Made by a program: the position numbers and the translations under genes. From the IMG/VR virus record IMGVR_UViG_3300038335_000014, positions 32,001-96,000 of that record: a DNA stretch of 64,000 nt, one strand, 5' to 3'. How positions within the stretch are numbered: the first letter of the stretch is position 1; each line of letters begins with the position of its first letter. This document shows, piece after piece, positions 1 through 8,862 of this stretch. The notes beneath the pieces are model-generated. The model ran no database searches and had not been told where the DNA came from. It saw only the letters and a program-made list of their open reading frames with translations. The stretch is from a virus (lineage: Duplodnaviria > Caudoviricetes).

Positions 1-196
1 GACAATTGGGTAAGATTTGAAACATTTATTGGTGGTGTTGATGTCAATGATAGTTGTGTTATGTATTTTGGAACGCCGAGCCAACCGGATAGACCTGACA
101 TTTGGGAACGATTTGCTAACTGTCAGGCTCCTAGAATGGTGGATGTTTGTGTTGCTTCTTTTCCACATCCGGGCAGAACACCTTAAATAAATTTTC

Positions 197-225
197 TTGA
201 CAAAGTTTAAATGATGTGCTATTCT
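197..225 (+). promoter_or_regulatory. sigma70-type promoter with extended -10
   Basis: TTGACA-17 nt-TATTCT with TG just upstream of the -10; lies upstream of AGGAG RBS and ORF 261. Confidence 0.7.
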
Positions 226-260
226 ATAATAGACGTTTAAATCCATAGGAGTTTATCAAA

Positions 261-797
261 ATGAAAATAACCGAAATTCAACCGTTCAAAACAATTGCTG
301 GTACACTTGAAAAACAAAAACAATTAATAGATTTGTTTGTTAAAAAAGGTGGTTTATGTTTAACACCATCCAATGATATTAATTATGGGTCATTATTTTG
401 TATTCATAGATCAATAAAGAATGACCGGATGTTAATATCTAATTATGCTAATTTGGTCGATTTTGAAAATTGTGATTTACCATATATGTCTTTTAAAGGA
501 ACAATTGAGCTTTTTGAATCTTTGGAAGATCACCAAACAGGTAAATTTGTAGAATTCGATATTGATTCAGATGGTAGATACCAGATACCAAATACAGCAA
601 TTCTTTCGTGGCAGGATTATATGACTTATGAACATGGCAATAAAAGAATATTTGGTGGGTGGTTGTGGTCACATAATGGTAAAGAATTCTGGCGTGGTCG
701 TTGTGGACTCAATGGGTCTGGTAAAATCGTAAATGATTGCGATAAATGGGTAAAACCATTAGTTCCCAAGAAAATACGCTTCTGGGTAGAGGAATAA
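261..797 (+). CDS. hypothetical protein
   Basis: 178-aa ORF with AGGAG RBS, first gene after the promoter. Confidence 0.7.
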   Translation: MKITEIQPFKTIAGTLEKQKQLIDLFVKKGGLCLTPSNDINYGSLFCIHRSIKNDRMLISNYANLVDFENCDLPYMSFKGTIELFESLEDHQTGKFVEFDIDSDGRYQIPNTAILSWQDYMTYEHGNKRIFGGWLWSHNGKEFWRGRCGLNGSGKIVNDCDKWVKPLVPKKIRFWVEE

Positions 798-803
798 CAA
801 CAA

Positions 804-1163
804 ATGATTACAAACATCATTATTAACATAATCATTTCTGGTGTTATCTCATTCATCATCGGTTATATCATTGGTCGAGTGACTTACAAGCCAACAAGAA
901 CATTCATATCTATTGATGAAGCAAACCAGAGAATTGGTAAATATGGCACTCTGTTTGACAATCAAAAGAAACGAATTGAAGCTAAAGATTCACCATTTTC
1001 ACCAGAAACAACACAGTCTATAGAAAATACCCGGAAAATGGGTGAGAAATTAATTAACAGGTTAAATCGCGACCAAGAACCTAAATTAGAAATCATTGAT
1101 GTTCGCGATATAGGCAAAGAAGAGGCTGACAACATAATTAAAAGGTTAAATAACCATGAATAA
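804..1163 (+). CDS. hypothetical membrane-anchored protein
   Basis: N-terminal hydrophobic helix (IIINIIISGVISFIIGYIIG), GAGG RBS. Confidence 0.65.
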   Translation: MITNIIINIIISGVISFIIGYIIGRVTYKPTRTFISIDEANQRIGKYGTLFDNQKKRIEAKDSPFSPETTQSIENTRKMGEKLINRLNRDQEPKLEIIDVRDIGKEEADNIIKRLNNHE

Positions 1164-1392
1164 ATTGTTAAAAAGACGTTTCCACAAACACCCAATGTAT
1201 TTGATCCTATGGGAATTCTATGTATCAGAACACACCATCAGGCAGACTGTTAGTAGATCGTTGAAAATGCGATTAAAGAATATCACAGATGTTTATCTTA
1301 AAAAGTTGTGTCATCAAAATTCTTTTTACGATGTATATGGTCACAAGGTTCAATATGAACCAACCGATATTTCTATACAAAAATTAGATTAA
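1156..1392 (+). CDS. hypothetical protein
   Basis: Tightly packed operon ORF overlapping the previous stop. Confidence 0.55.
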   Translation: MNKLLKRRFHKHPMYLILWEFYVSEHTIRQTVSRSLKMRLKNITDVYLKKLCHQNSFYDVYGHKVQYEPTDISIQKLD

Positions 1393-1404
1393 AGGAAATA
1401 ATCA

Positions 1405-1848
1405 ATGATTATAATTAAAAAAAGTATAACAGCAGATAGTAGAACTTGTGATTGTAAGAACATTCCAATTGATGTTCTTGAACGTTCAACATACCAACAC
1501 AAAGATGATGTTGAAAAAGCAATGGTATTTTTTCAAAGGCTGATGAGGATTGAAGGTTGGAGTCATGATGACCACAAGCTTCGCACAATGAAGGAATTTC
1601 ACAAGGCTTTCCAAGGTGGGTTTGTTGATGAAACATGGTGGAATGAACACAAGAAGGAACTACATCATTTACCACCGGATGCAGATATAAATATGGTTCA
1701 TGTATTTGCATTCATATGTGATTGTGTAATGGCTGGTCTTGGCAGAACTGGTAAAATAAGACCTATCACAATTGACAGTGAAGTTCTACAGAAAGCCTTT
1801 CGAAACACTGTTAATCTTTTGGTTAGCAATGTAAAAGTTGAGGAATAA
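1405..1848 (+). CDS. DUF5662-like / HD-like metal-binding protein
   Basis: H..HDDHK...H...HH...D pattern resembling the phage DUF5662 family; AAGGA RBS. Confidence 0.5.
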   Translation: MIIIKKSITADSRTCDCKNIPIDVLERSTYQHKDDVEKAMVFFQRLMRIEGWSHDDHKLRTMKEFHKAFQGGFVDETWWNEHKKELHHLPPDADINMVHVFAFICDCVMAGLGRTGKIRPITIDSEVLQKAFRNTVNLLVSNVKVEE

Positions 1849-2125
1849 AATCATGACAGATGAAGAATTGATGAACTTAACCGCCACGAAAGCCAGAGAG
1901 ATACAATTAATCGAACAAAATGATAAAACCGATAAACAATTAATTGCTATCTTGAAACAAGTTAGAGAAACAATTTCCAAAACAGATAAGGATCATTTGT
2001 GGTGGTATGATGTTTTGGAAGCCAGAACAATTGAGAGATTACGGTTGATGAAATATGTTGTTGTAAATGCATCCAATCAACATGACGGAACCGGCTACAA
2101 AATTTCATGGGGAGAACATGATTAA
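1838..2125 (+). CDS. hypothetical protein (true start probably ATG at 1853)
   Basis: GAGG RBS before the ATG; operon packing. Confidence 0.55.
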   Translation: MRNKIMTDEELMNLTATKAREIQLIEQNDKTDKQLIAILKQVRETISKTDKDHLWWYDVLEARTIERLRLMKYVVVNASNQHDGTGYKISWGEHD

Positions 2126-2352
2126 TGTCAGAAATTAATGCAATATCAATGAGAGCTATTGTAGCTTCAAGAGTTGATCAACAAGAGCTGAACGTGATAT
2201 TAAACGAAATTCGCACAGCGGCAATGGCTGGATTGGTAAATATCAAAACAAATTGTAGTTCTCCCGGCATCCACAGGGAACTTATCAATCGTGGTTTCGT
2301 TATTGAAGATATTTCATCAACAGCATCTAAGTGGTATAAAATTCATTGGTAA
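2125..2352 (+). CDS. hypothetical protein
   Basis: TAATG stop/start coupling; C-terminus (YKIHW) resembles that of the previous ORF (YKISW). Confidence 0.55.
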   Translation: MSEINAISMRAIVASRVDQQELNVILNEIRTAAMAGLVNIKTNCSSPGIHRELINRGFVIEDISSTASKWYKIHW

Positions 2353-2362
2353 AGGATAACAT

Positions 2363-2560
2363 ATGTCACGTTATGCAGGAAAGATCAAGGTTATCTGTGC
2401 TAACAATATGTGTTTTCCTGTTAATACAAATCTGGAACCTTGTGGGTGTGAATGTTATGACCCCTACCCAAGATTACCAGATGATGCAATCGAACATATA
2501 AGTTATTACGATTATTTACAAAGAAAATTTGGAGTTGAAATAAATGTCCAGCGTAGGTAG
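2363..2560 (+). CDS. small Cys-rich hypothetical protein
   Basis: AAGGA RBS, five Cys. Confidence 0.5.
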   Translation: MSRYAGKIKVICANNMCFPVNTNLEPCGCECYDPYPRLPDDAIEHISYYDYLQRKFGVEINVQRR

Positions 2561-2777
2561 AAATCAAACAGTTGGTTATACAAAGAGACAGTCTGGCACA
2601 AACATGGACTTTTCAAGGCGATCACTTGAAGCTATGGAAATCCCAGAACTTGAAGAAATGTTGGAATACCTGAAAACCAATGGTAATCGTTCTTCAAGAA
2701 AGCTTGTAGAGAAGATATTGAATTCCAAACTTAATGAAAATAATTTAACATTTAAACTCAGGTTAGAAAAGGATTAA
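2544..2777 (+). CDS. hypothetical protein
   Basis: GGAG RBS, operon packing. Confidence 0.55.
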   Translation: MSSVGRNQTVGYTKRQSGTNMDFSRRSLEAMEIPELEEMLEYLKTNGNRSSRKLVEKILNSKLNENNLTFKLRLEKD

Positions 2778-2781
2778 ACGA

Positions 2782-3027
2782 ATGTTGGAAAAAGGAATTC
2801 TGTTAACAATTGTTGTCATTTTATTATCTGTGGTTATTACATCGACTCCACCGGTAACAGCAGAGAAACCACCATAAGTTGTAAAACCTACAAACAGAAT
2901 GAGTCTGATAGAATCCAATGATCTTGATAACAAAACATCACTATTCCTCATCGCTTTGGATAACAAAGAATATCTTGTTTGTTCTAGTTGGGATGGTGGA
3001 ATTACAATTGTTGAGGTAACTAAATGA
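2782..3027 (+). pseudogene. secreted/membrane small protein gene interrupted by in-frame TAA (2875-2877)
   Basis: AAGGA RBS, signal-like N-terminus MLEKGILLTIVVILLSVVITS; frame continues 49 codons past the stop to a TGA coupled to the next ATG. Confidence 0.55.
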
Positions 3028-3188
3028 AAATAGAAATAAATCAATCCAACTTACAAATGCAATTATGGATTATCATCGCTGGTTATTTATCATGGATTAC
3101 ACACCATTCATTTGGTTTGTGTGTTTTTCATGGATTGTTAAATGTGTTTTACATTCTTTATTGGCTTTGGAATAACTCTATTACATAA
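3024..3188 (+). CDS. small membrane protein (54 aa, not in ORF track)
   Basis: GAGG RBS, ATGA coupling, two hydrophobic segments. Confidence 0.55.
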   Translation: MKIEINQSNLQMQLWIIIAGYLSWITHHSFGLCVFHGLLNVFYILYWLWNNSIT

Positions 3189-3200
3189 AAGGATAAACAA

Positions 3201-3713
3201 ATGGAAACCAAAACAGCATTTTCTGTAGATTTGTTGGAATTTGAACGTGGGTGGGGTAGCAAGGTAGACGACACAATCATCTTCTTGGATGCCAACAAAG
3301 CTTATAAATACGTTGAAGAATTTAATGCCAAGAACAATGCAGACAAAGTTCCTGACTGGTATATGACGGCAGAAAAGCCAGTTGATATCAAGCTGGCGAC
3401 AGAATCTTATGATATCATTGACAAAACTGTTGAAAAATACATGAGTGAACGGGAACTACGCGATCAGTTAATGGCTAAAAACAAGCCAGAAGACACGAAA
3501 CCAAGACCATTAACATGTGCTGGTTGTCTACAAGAATTGAAACCACCACTTAAAGGATTGCCTGATTGGTATGCTTTTAAACTATCCTATACCAACATAG
3601 CAAACCCACTCACTGATAATGAAGCGTGTATACAACTCATTCCATTATTCACAGGTGATAAATATTTCTGTAATAAGAAGTGTTTAATTGAATGGTTAAA
3701 TAAACTAAAATAA
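3201..3713 (+). CDS. hypothetical protein with C-terminal Zn-finger
   Basis: CAGC...FCNKKC motif; AAGGA RBS. Confidence 0.6.
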   Translation: METKTAFSVDLLEFERGWGSKVDDTIIFLDANKAYKYVEEFNAKNNADKVPDWYMTAEKPVDIKLATESYDIIDKTVEKYMSERELRDQLMAKNKPEDTKPRPLTCAGCLQELKPPLKGLPDWYAFKLSYTNIANPLTDNEACIQLIPLFTGDKYFCNKKCLIEWLNKLK

Positions 3714-3725
3714 AGGAACTGAACC

Positions 3726-5174
3726 ATGCTTTCTAAATTAAAAACATTTGCTCAAGACATTAACAAAGAACTTGATGGTATACTCTATCTAGTGGGTGGT
3801 TCTGTTCGCGATATGATTATGAACATAGCACCAAAGGATTACGATCTTGAACTGTTTAGAGTCTGGCCGAAAGACTTTGTTAAATACCTCGATAAAAAGA
3901 AAATCCCATTTAAGTTTAACAGCGATGCAAAATTCCCTGTTTACCGTGTCTGTATTGTGAATAACCTTCTTGACGATGAAGAATGGGTTGAAGTTGGTTT
4001 CCCTCGTGTAGACAACAAGACAGGCCCGAAACATTCAGACTTTGAATGTCTTGTAGACCCATTTATGTCGGTTATTGATGCCGCGATGAGAAGGGATTTC
4101 ACAATCAATGCTGTTTATTACAACCTTTTAAAAGATGATTACGAGAATCATGGCTTTGTTAGCCATATAACACACAGTAGGGAATTATCCCCTGTTCACA
4201 TGGAGAAGTTTAAGGAAGACCCACTTCGTATTATGCGCGGGTTCCAATTTGCTTCTCGTTTTGGGCTATATACGGCTGATACTCTTGAAACCGTTGATGT
4301 AGATATGATCAATGGATTATCACATGTAGACCCAAGCGGCATCTACGCTGAATTTGTTAAGGGAATTACAAAGGCAAAGAACATCACAAATGCTCTTGAA
4401 TACCTTTGTTCAATAGCATTACGAAATAACGGTTCTGAATTCTTTAAACCTATTACAGAAATGTTTTATTGCTTACAGAACGCCAGACACCATTTCGAAG
4501 GTAATGTTTGGGAACACACAAAACTCGTTATCAAGAATGCTATTGAACTGGCAGATACCGATGATGAAAAGGTTCTCCTGTTCTTCGCTGCTTTCTTCCA
4601 TGACATAGGCAAGATACCAACATTTAAACTTGATACCGCCGGGAATCCAACTGCTCATGGTCACGATGTAGAAGGTGATGATCTGGTTGAACTTTATGGT
4701 AGTCGTTTCGGATTACCAAAGAAGATGATTAAACAGATTATCGTTTTGAAACACTGCCACATGATTGGTAATGATGCCAAGAATAAGAAGCTTTATTTAA
4801 TGGCAGAAGAATTAGAGAAAGTCGGCCTGAATTTCGATATCCTTTGTAAGCTGATGCTTGCTGATGTTTATGGGTCTGTTAAGGAATATTTCAGAAGCAC
4901 TGTTAGAAGTCATGGCGAAATCTACAATTTCATGGCGAAAATTAAATCTCTTGGAATTGAGCTTAAACCATTGCGAATGTTTGTCAGTGGGGATGATATT
5001 CTTTACCACAGTAACGGTAAAATCAAAGGTAAGAAACTTGGTGATCTGCTTTATGAAATGAAGATGTTGCAGATTAACAATCGTGTTGCAACACGACAGG
5101 AAGCATTTGATTTTATGAAAAAACGCATCGAAAATATTTTGGAGAAAATAGTTGACAAAGAAACGCCTGAATGA
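3726..5174 (+). CDS. cca: tRNA nucleotidyltransferase (CCA-adding/poly(A) polymerase family) with HD domain
   Basis: VGGSVRD, DYD, RRDFTINA, EDPLRIMR motifs; HD domain H..EG.VWEH...FHDIGK. Confidence 0.9.
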   Translation: MLSKLKTFAQDINKELDGILYLVGGSVRDMIMNIAPKDYDLELFRVWPKDFVKYLDKKKIPFKFNSDAKFPVYRVCIVNNLLDDEEWVEVGFPRVDNKTGPKHSDFECLVDPFMSVIDAAMRRDFTINAVYYNLLKDDYENHGFVSHITHSRELSPVHMEKFKEDPLRIMRGFQFASRFGLYTADTLETVDVDMINGLSHVDPSGIYAEFVKGITKAKNITNALEYLCSIALRNNGSEFFKPITEMFYCLQNARHHFEGNVWEHTKLVIKNAIELADTDDEKVLLFFAAFFHDIGKIPTFKLDTAGNPTAHGHDVEGDDLVELYGSRFGLPKKMIKQIIVLKHCHMIGNDAKNKKLYLMAEELEKVGLNFDILCKLMLADVYGSVKEYFRSTVRSHGEIYNFMAKIKSLGIELKPLRMFVSGDDILYHSNGKIKGKKLGDLLYEMKMLQINNRVATRQEAFDFMKKRIENILEKIVDKETPE

Positions 5175-5180
5175 TAAATT
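5152..5180 (+). promoter_or_regulatory. sigma70-type promoter (extended -10) firing into a short intergenic unit
   Basis: TTGACA-17 nt-TAAATT with TG upstream of the -10. Confidence 0.55.
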
Positions 5181-5209
5181 GATTATGCCATAACAGCTCC
5201 ATGATTTCT

Positions 5210-5253
5210 GAAAACCCGCTAGTTTCTTCCTTTTCTAGCGGGTTTTCTCATTT
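5210..5253 (+). terminator. intrinsic terminator hairpin
   Basis: 13-bp stem GAAAACCCGCTAG/CTAGCGGGTTTTC followed by T-rich sequence. Confidence 0.75.
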
Positions 5254-5320
5254 CCGGGGAATTTCGGTTGGATTTAGTTTAATGTTAAATTAGTCTAACC
5301 GTTGGACAAAAAGAATTTGA

Positions 5321-5350
5321 TTGACAAACCTTATTAAACGATGATATAAT
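5321..5350 (+). promoter_or_regulatory. sigma70-type promoter
   Basis: TTGACA-18 nt-TATAAT with TG; ATG only 7 nt after the -10, so possibly a leaderless mRNA. Confidence 0.7.
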
Positions 5351-5356
5351 CAATAT

Positions 5357-5731
5357 ATGAAGAAAGATAAATTAGATGGAATTCCTTTGCTTATCGACCC
5401 TGAAGAATTTTTTAAACATGCTTTAATTCTCAGGGAACTTGACCAAGTTGGTTATTTGAATGTTGAGATAACCGATAAGGAATGTTTGGAAAAGCTGAAG
5501 ATTCCAGAAGCTCTTTACAAATTTGCTTCTGAAACAAATACACCAGTTGGAGAAATGATTAATGTTATTTTAAGAGATTGGTGTATTAGAATGTTTGAAG
5601 GTGAATCTAAATACAGGAAAGGGCTTTTGTTCAAAATAGTTAAATGTCCGTCTAGTGTATTGACTGATGAACAGAAGAATAAATTGATTGTATTTTTACA
5701 CAAGGATATACCAGAGTTGCAGAAACGATAG
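5357..5731 (+). CDS. hypothetical protein, possible ribbon-helix-helix regulator
   Basis: Own promoter; central LKIPEALYKFASETNTPVGEMINVILRDW resembles RHH (weak). Confidence 0.45.
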   Translation: MKKDKLDGIPLLIDPEEFFKHALILRELDQVGYLNVEITDKECLEKLKIPEALYKFASETNTPVGEMINVILRDWCIRMFEGESKYRKGLLFKIVKCPSSVLTDEQKNKLIVFLHKDIPELQKR

Positions 5732-5793
5732 ACAAAGATTAGCTTGAACATTGTTTATTTATATGTTAATGTTGATGAACACAAACAAAGGAT

Positions 5794-6153
5794 TTGATCA
5801 TGACTAATGATGAAGCGATTGAAGCAATCGAAAAGTTTCAAAGATGCCGAACAACCCTTGAAAACTTTGATAACCTGACAATCATTGGTAATCATGATGA
5901 AATCAATGATAATGAACATCGTTTAAAGCATTTTCAGGTTAAGCTAAGTGAAATATTTAAAGATAATATTATCACTTTCCGGGTATCAATTGTTCAAGAT
6001 ACATTCTTTTGTTGTGTTGTTACACGATATAATAAAAGCACGTTCGTTACTGATAAAAATTTTGTTGATAAACTGATATCTGGCGAAGAGCCAGTTACAG
6101 ATAGAATCAGATTATTTCTAAATAGTGATACAATGAATAAATTAATTTCATAA
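5794..6153 (+). CDS. hypothetical protein
   Basis: AAGGA RBS, 119-aa ORF. Confidence 0.55.
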   Translation: MIMTNDEAIEAIEKFQRCRTTLENFDNLTIIGNHDEINDNEHRLKHFQVKLSEIFKDNIITFRVSIVQDTFFCCVVTRYNKSTFVTDKNFVDKLISGEEPVTDRIRLFLNSDTMNKLIS

Positions 6154-6157
6154 AAAC

Positions 6158-7279
6158 ATGAATAAAACATTTAAATATAGAATTTACCCAACAAAGTCAC
6201 AAGTTAAAAAACTGAATGACAACATTCGGGCTTGTCGATTTGTTTGGAATACCTTTCTTAATGAAAGGAAAGTTCTGTATGAAACGGAAAAGAAGCAAAT
6301 CTCTTGCTTTGATCAAACAGCAAAACTAACTGAGCTGAAAAAAGAATTCCCATTTTTAAAAAATGCGTATTCACAGTCATTACAACAAATTGTTATCAAA
6401 TTAGATTTGTCCTTTAAGTCATTTTTTAGACGCATCCAAAACGGAGAAACACCGGGGTATCCGAGATTTAAAGGATGTTATCGACTAAGTTCTATATATT
6501 TCACCCAATTTGGTAAGGGTTGTAAAATAGCTAATGGAAAGTTAGCCGTTTCTAAAATTGGTGATATAAAACTAGTTTATCATCGCGAATTAATAGGAAC
6601 TCCAAAAACAGCAACGATTAAACGTACACCAACTGGTAAATGGTTTGTATCTATCTGTTGTGAAACTGATAATACCATATTGCAAACAAACGACTTATCT
6701 GTTGGTATTGATTTGGGTATTAGCAAGTTTGCTACTTTTTCTGACGGAACAGTTATTGAAAATCCGAGATTCTTCAAAGAAGAAGAAATCAAAATCAAGA
6801 AAGCTCAGAGTAAAACAGACAAACTTGTTAAAGGTTCTAAAGAACGATTTAAAGCTAGAAAGGTTGTTAATCGTATTTATGAACGTTTAAGCTGGAAGCG
6901 AGACAATTTTTCTCATCAAGAGAGTAGGAAGGTGATAAATAAATATCAAAATATCATTCTTGAAAAGTTGGAGATATATAAATTGATACACAATGGATAC
7001 CCAAACTTAAACAAATGTATAACAGATGTAGCATGGAATAAATTTACAAGTTTGGTACAATACAAAGCGGTAGAAGCTGGTAGAACTGTCATTCTTGTAA
7101 ATCCTAAAAATACCACAAAAACTTGTAGTCAATGTGGTAAGATTGTTGATAAATCTCTAAGTGAACGAGTACATAATTGCTCTTGTGGACTTGTATTAGA
7201 TAGAGATTTAAACGCAGCTATTAACATTTTAAGATTGGGAACACAATCTTTACAAAGACTCTGCCTCTCGGCAGAGTAA
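6158..7279 (+). CDS. tnpB: IS200/IS605-family RNA-guided nuclease TnpB
   Basis: KTFKYRIYPT N-terminus, PGYPRFK, RuvC-I GIDLG, RuvC-II IILEKL, Zn ribbon CSQCG..CSCG, RuvC-III DRDLNAAINI. Confidence 0.93.
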   Translation: MNKTFKYRIYPTKSQVKKLNDNIRACRFVWNTFLNERKVLYETEKKQISCFDQTAKLTELKKEFPFLKNAYSQSLQQIVIKLDLSFKSFFRRIQNGETPGYPRFKGCYRLSSIYFTQFGKGCKIANGKLAVSKIGDIKLVYHRELIGTPKTATIKRTPTGKWFVSICCETDNTILQTNDLSVGIDLGISKFATFSDGTVIENPRFFKEEEIKIKKAQSKTDKLVKGSKERFKARKVVNRIYERLSWKRDNFSHQESRKVINKYQNIILEKLEIYKLIHNGYPNLNKCITDVAWNKFTSLVQYKAVEAGRTVILVNPKNTTKTCSQCGKIVDKSLSERVHNCSCGLVLDRDLNAAINILRLGTQSLQRLCLSAE

Positions 7280-7286
7280 TGTTCAC
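7258..7286 (+). mobile_element. IS200/IS605 right-end-like hairpin plus TCAC (3' end of putative omega RNA scaffold)
   Basis: ACTCTGCC-TCTC-GGCAGAGT hairpin then AATGTTCAC; no tnpA or left end recognisable. Confidence 0.6.
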
Positions 7287-7298
7287 AAGGAGTTAACA

Positions 7299-8846
7299 AT
7301 GACAACGGATGTAATTACCTCACTGACCGATCTCGATGATTTAGACCTCGATCTTGAAACCGATGGAGTCAGTGAAATCACAGATGCAACAACGCTTGAT
7401 TCTGTGGCCTCAAAAACCGATTCTGATGATGACCTGACCTTAGATGACCTTGAGGAAGACACGGTGCAGCCAGCGGCCTCTAATTCGCAGGAAACAGATG
7501 AATTGAAACTTGACGATGAAACCAGTTCAATTGATGATTTGACACTGGAAGATAACATCGTTGACCCACCGGTTGATACCGCGAAGCCAGAACTCAACAA
7601 ACCGGTTTTGAATCTTGATGAAGAAATCGAACTTGACCTTGATGTAAACGAAGGTATCACAAAGAAGACCGAAGTAACCATAAATGGGAAAACGCCGGGA
7701 GAATTTGTTAAAGATGCTTTCGATGCGGCGGTAACACCACCGGTTGAAGAAAAGAAGAAGCGTGGTAGAAAGCCAAAAGAAGTTAAGCCAGAAGTTGTTA
7801 CATCGGCTCCTGTCGATACTTCAAAATTCATTGATCCTAATTTCCCACTGGCTGTCCTCAATGTTGATAAATACGCCACTCGTTCAACTATTCGTTCTGA
7901 TGAAGAAGTTACTGAACTGGCCGAAAAGATTAAGTTGCAAGGCCAAGCCGAACCTATTCATGTTTACATCGCCGATGATGGCGTTGCTTACCTTCTTGCT
8001 GGTCTTGGTAGAAAGATGGCAATTCAGGATAAACTCGGCAGAGAAACCGCTGAAGCTATCGTACATAAAGGCTTAACAGAAGCCGATATCTACAAGATTT
8101 GCACAGGAACTAATGAACCAAGAACCAAGTTAACCGAATGGGATAAGATTGTTTCCATTGGTAAATACACAGACGCACATCCCGGTGTTTCTATTGATGA
8201 TGAGAATGATACAAACTCAGTTGTTCGTGTATTTGGTTATTCAAGAAGTGCGGTTTATCAGTATTTAAAGGCTTGGAATGTGTTGAAAAACAGTTCTGAA
8301 TTCATTGAATACTTTAACAGAAACGGCCAGAAAATCGCTGGCTACACTTATCAGATTCTTGCCAATACCATCACAGCACTTGCCGAACACAAATTGTCTG
8401 CCGCTGAATGGATAGTCATTTTCAATGAGATTTATGCTATTTCCACCAGACAATCATTTGCAACAATGTTGATTGATGCCGCGAATACATATCTTGTTAT
8501 GAAGAAACCGGCATCAGTACTTGCTACAGAGGTTGATGATGGTTTAAGTAAAACTGATGAAAAAATCATCGACAGGGCTGTTAAAGAGACAAAAGAAAAT
8601 GATACCGTTGAAGATATCGACAATACAATGGTTGATAAACTTGAACAGGAAATCGCGGTTGAACAGGACTCCAAAGAAGTCATTGACGGCTGTTATCAAA
8701 GTGTGTTATTAACATTAACACAGGCACGTTCAGGCATTGAAAGTTTGATCGCTATTGAGAAATATCAGGAACTTAAAACCCCTGCTGAAATCAAGAAAAT
8801 CAAAGAAATGATAATGATGGTTGCCGAATCTGCTAAAAAACTTTGA
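7299..8846 (+). CDS. ParB/Srx-domain protein with long acidic N-terminal region and AT-hook-like motif
   Basis: ELAEKIKLQGQAEPIHV...YLLAGLGRKMA ParB-N signature, downstream HTH-like segment, KKRGRKPK. Confidence 0.7.
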   Translation: MTTDVITSLTDLDDLDLDLETDGVSEITDATTLDSVASKTDSDDDLTLDDLEEDTVQPAASNSQETDELKLDDETSSIDDLTLEDNIVDPPVDTAKPELNKPVLNLDEEIELDLDVNEGITKKTEVTINGKTPGEFVKDAFDAAVTPPVEEKKKRGRKPKEVKPEVVTSAPVDTSKFIDPNFPLAVLNVDKYATRSTIRSDEEVTELAEKIKLQGQAEPIHVYIADDGVAYLLAGLGRKMAIQDKLGRETAEAIVHKGLTEADIYKICTGTNEPRTKLTEWDKIVSIGKYTDAHPGVSIDDENDTNSVVRVFGYSRSAVYQYLKAWNVLKNSSEFIEYFNRNGQKIAGYTYQILANTITALAEHKLSAAEWIVIFNEIYAISTRQSFATMLIDAANTYLVMKKPASVLATEVDDGLSKTDEKIIDRAVKETKENDTVEDIDNTMVDKLEQEIAVEQDSKEVIDGCYQSVLLTLTQARSGIESLIAIEKYQELKTPAEIKKIKEMIMMVAESAKKL

Positions 8847-8862
8847 GAAATATGGTAATACA

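Noticed and set aside
5175-5320. tRNA gene next to cca
   Set aside because: No cloverleaf, T-loop GTTC motif or acceptor stem found by eye.
7283-7879. 198-aa antisense ORF (and similar Ser-rich antisense ORFs over structural genes)
   Set aside because: Shadow frames of biased coding sequence with no RBS or motif.
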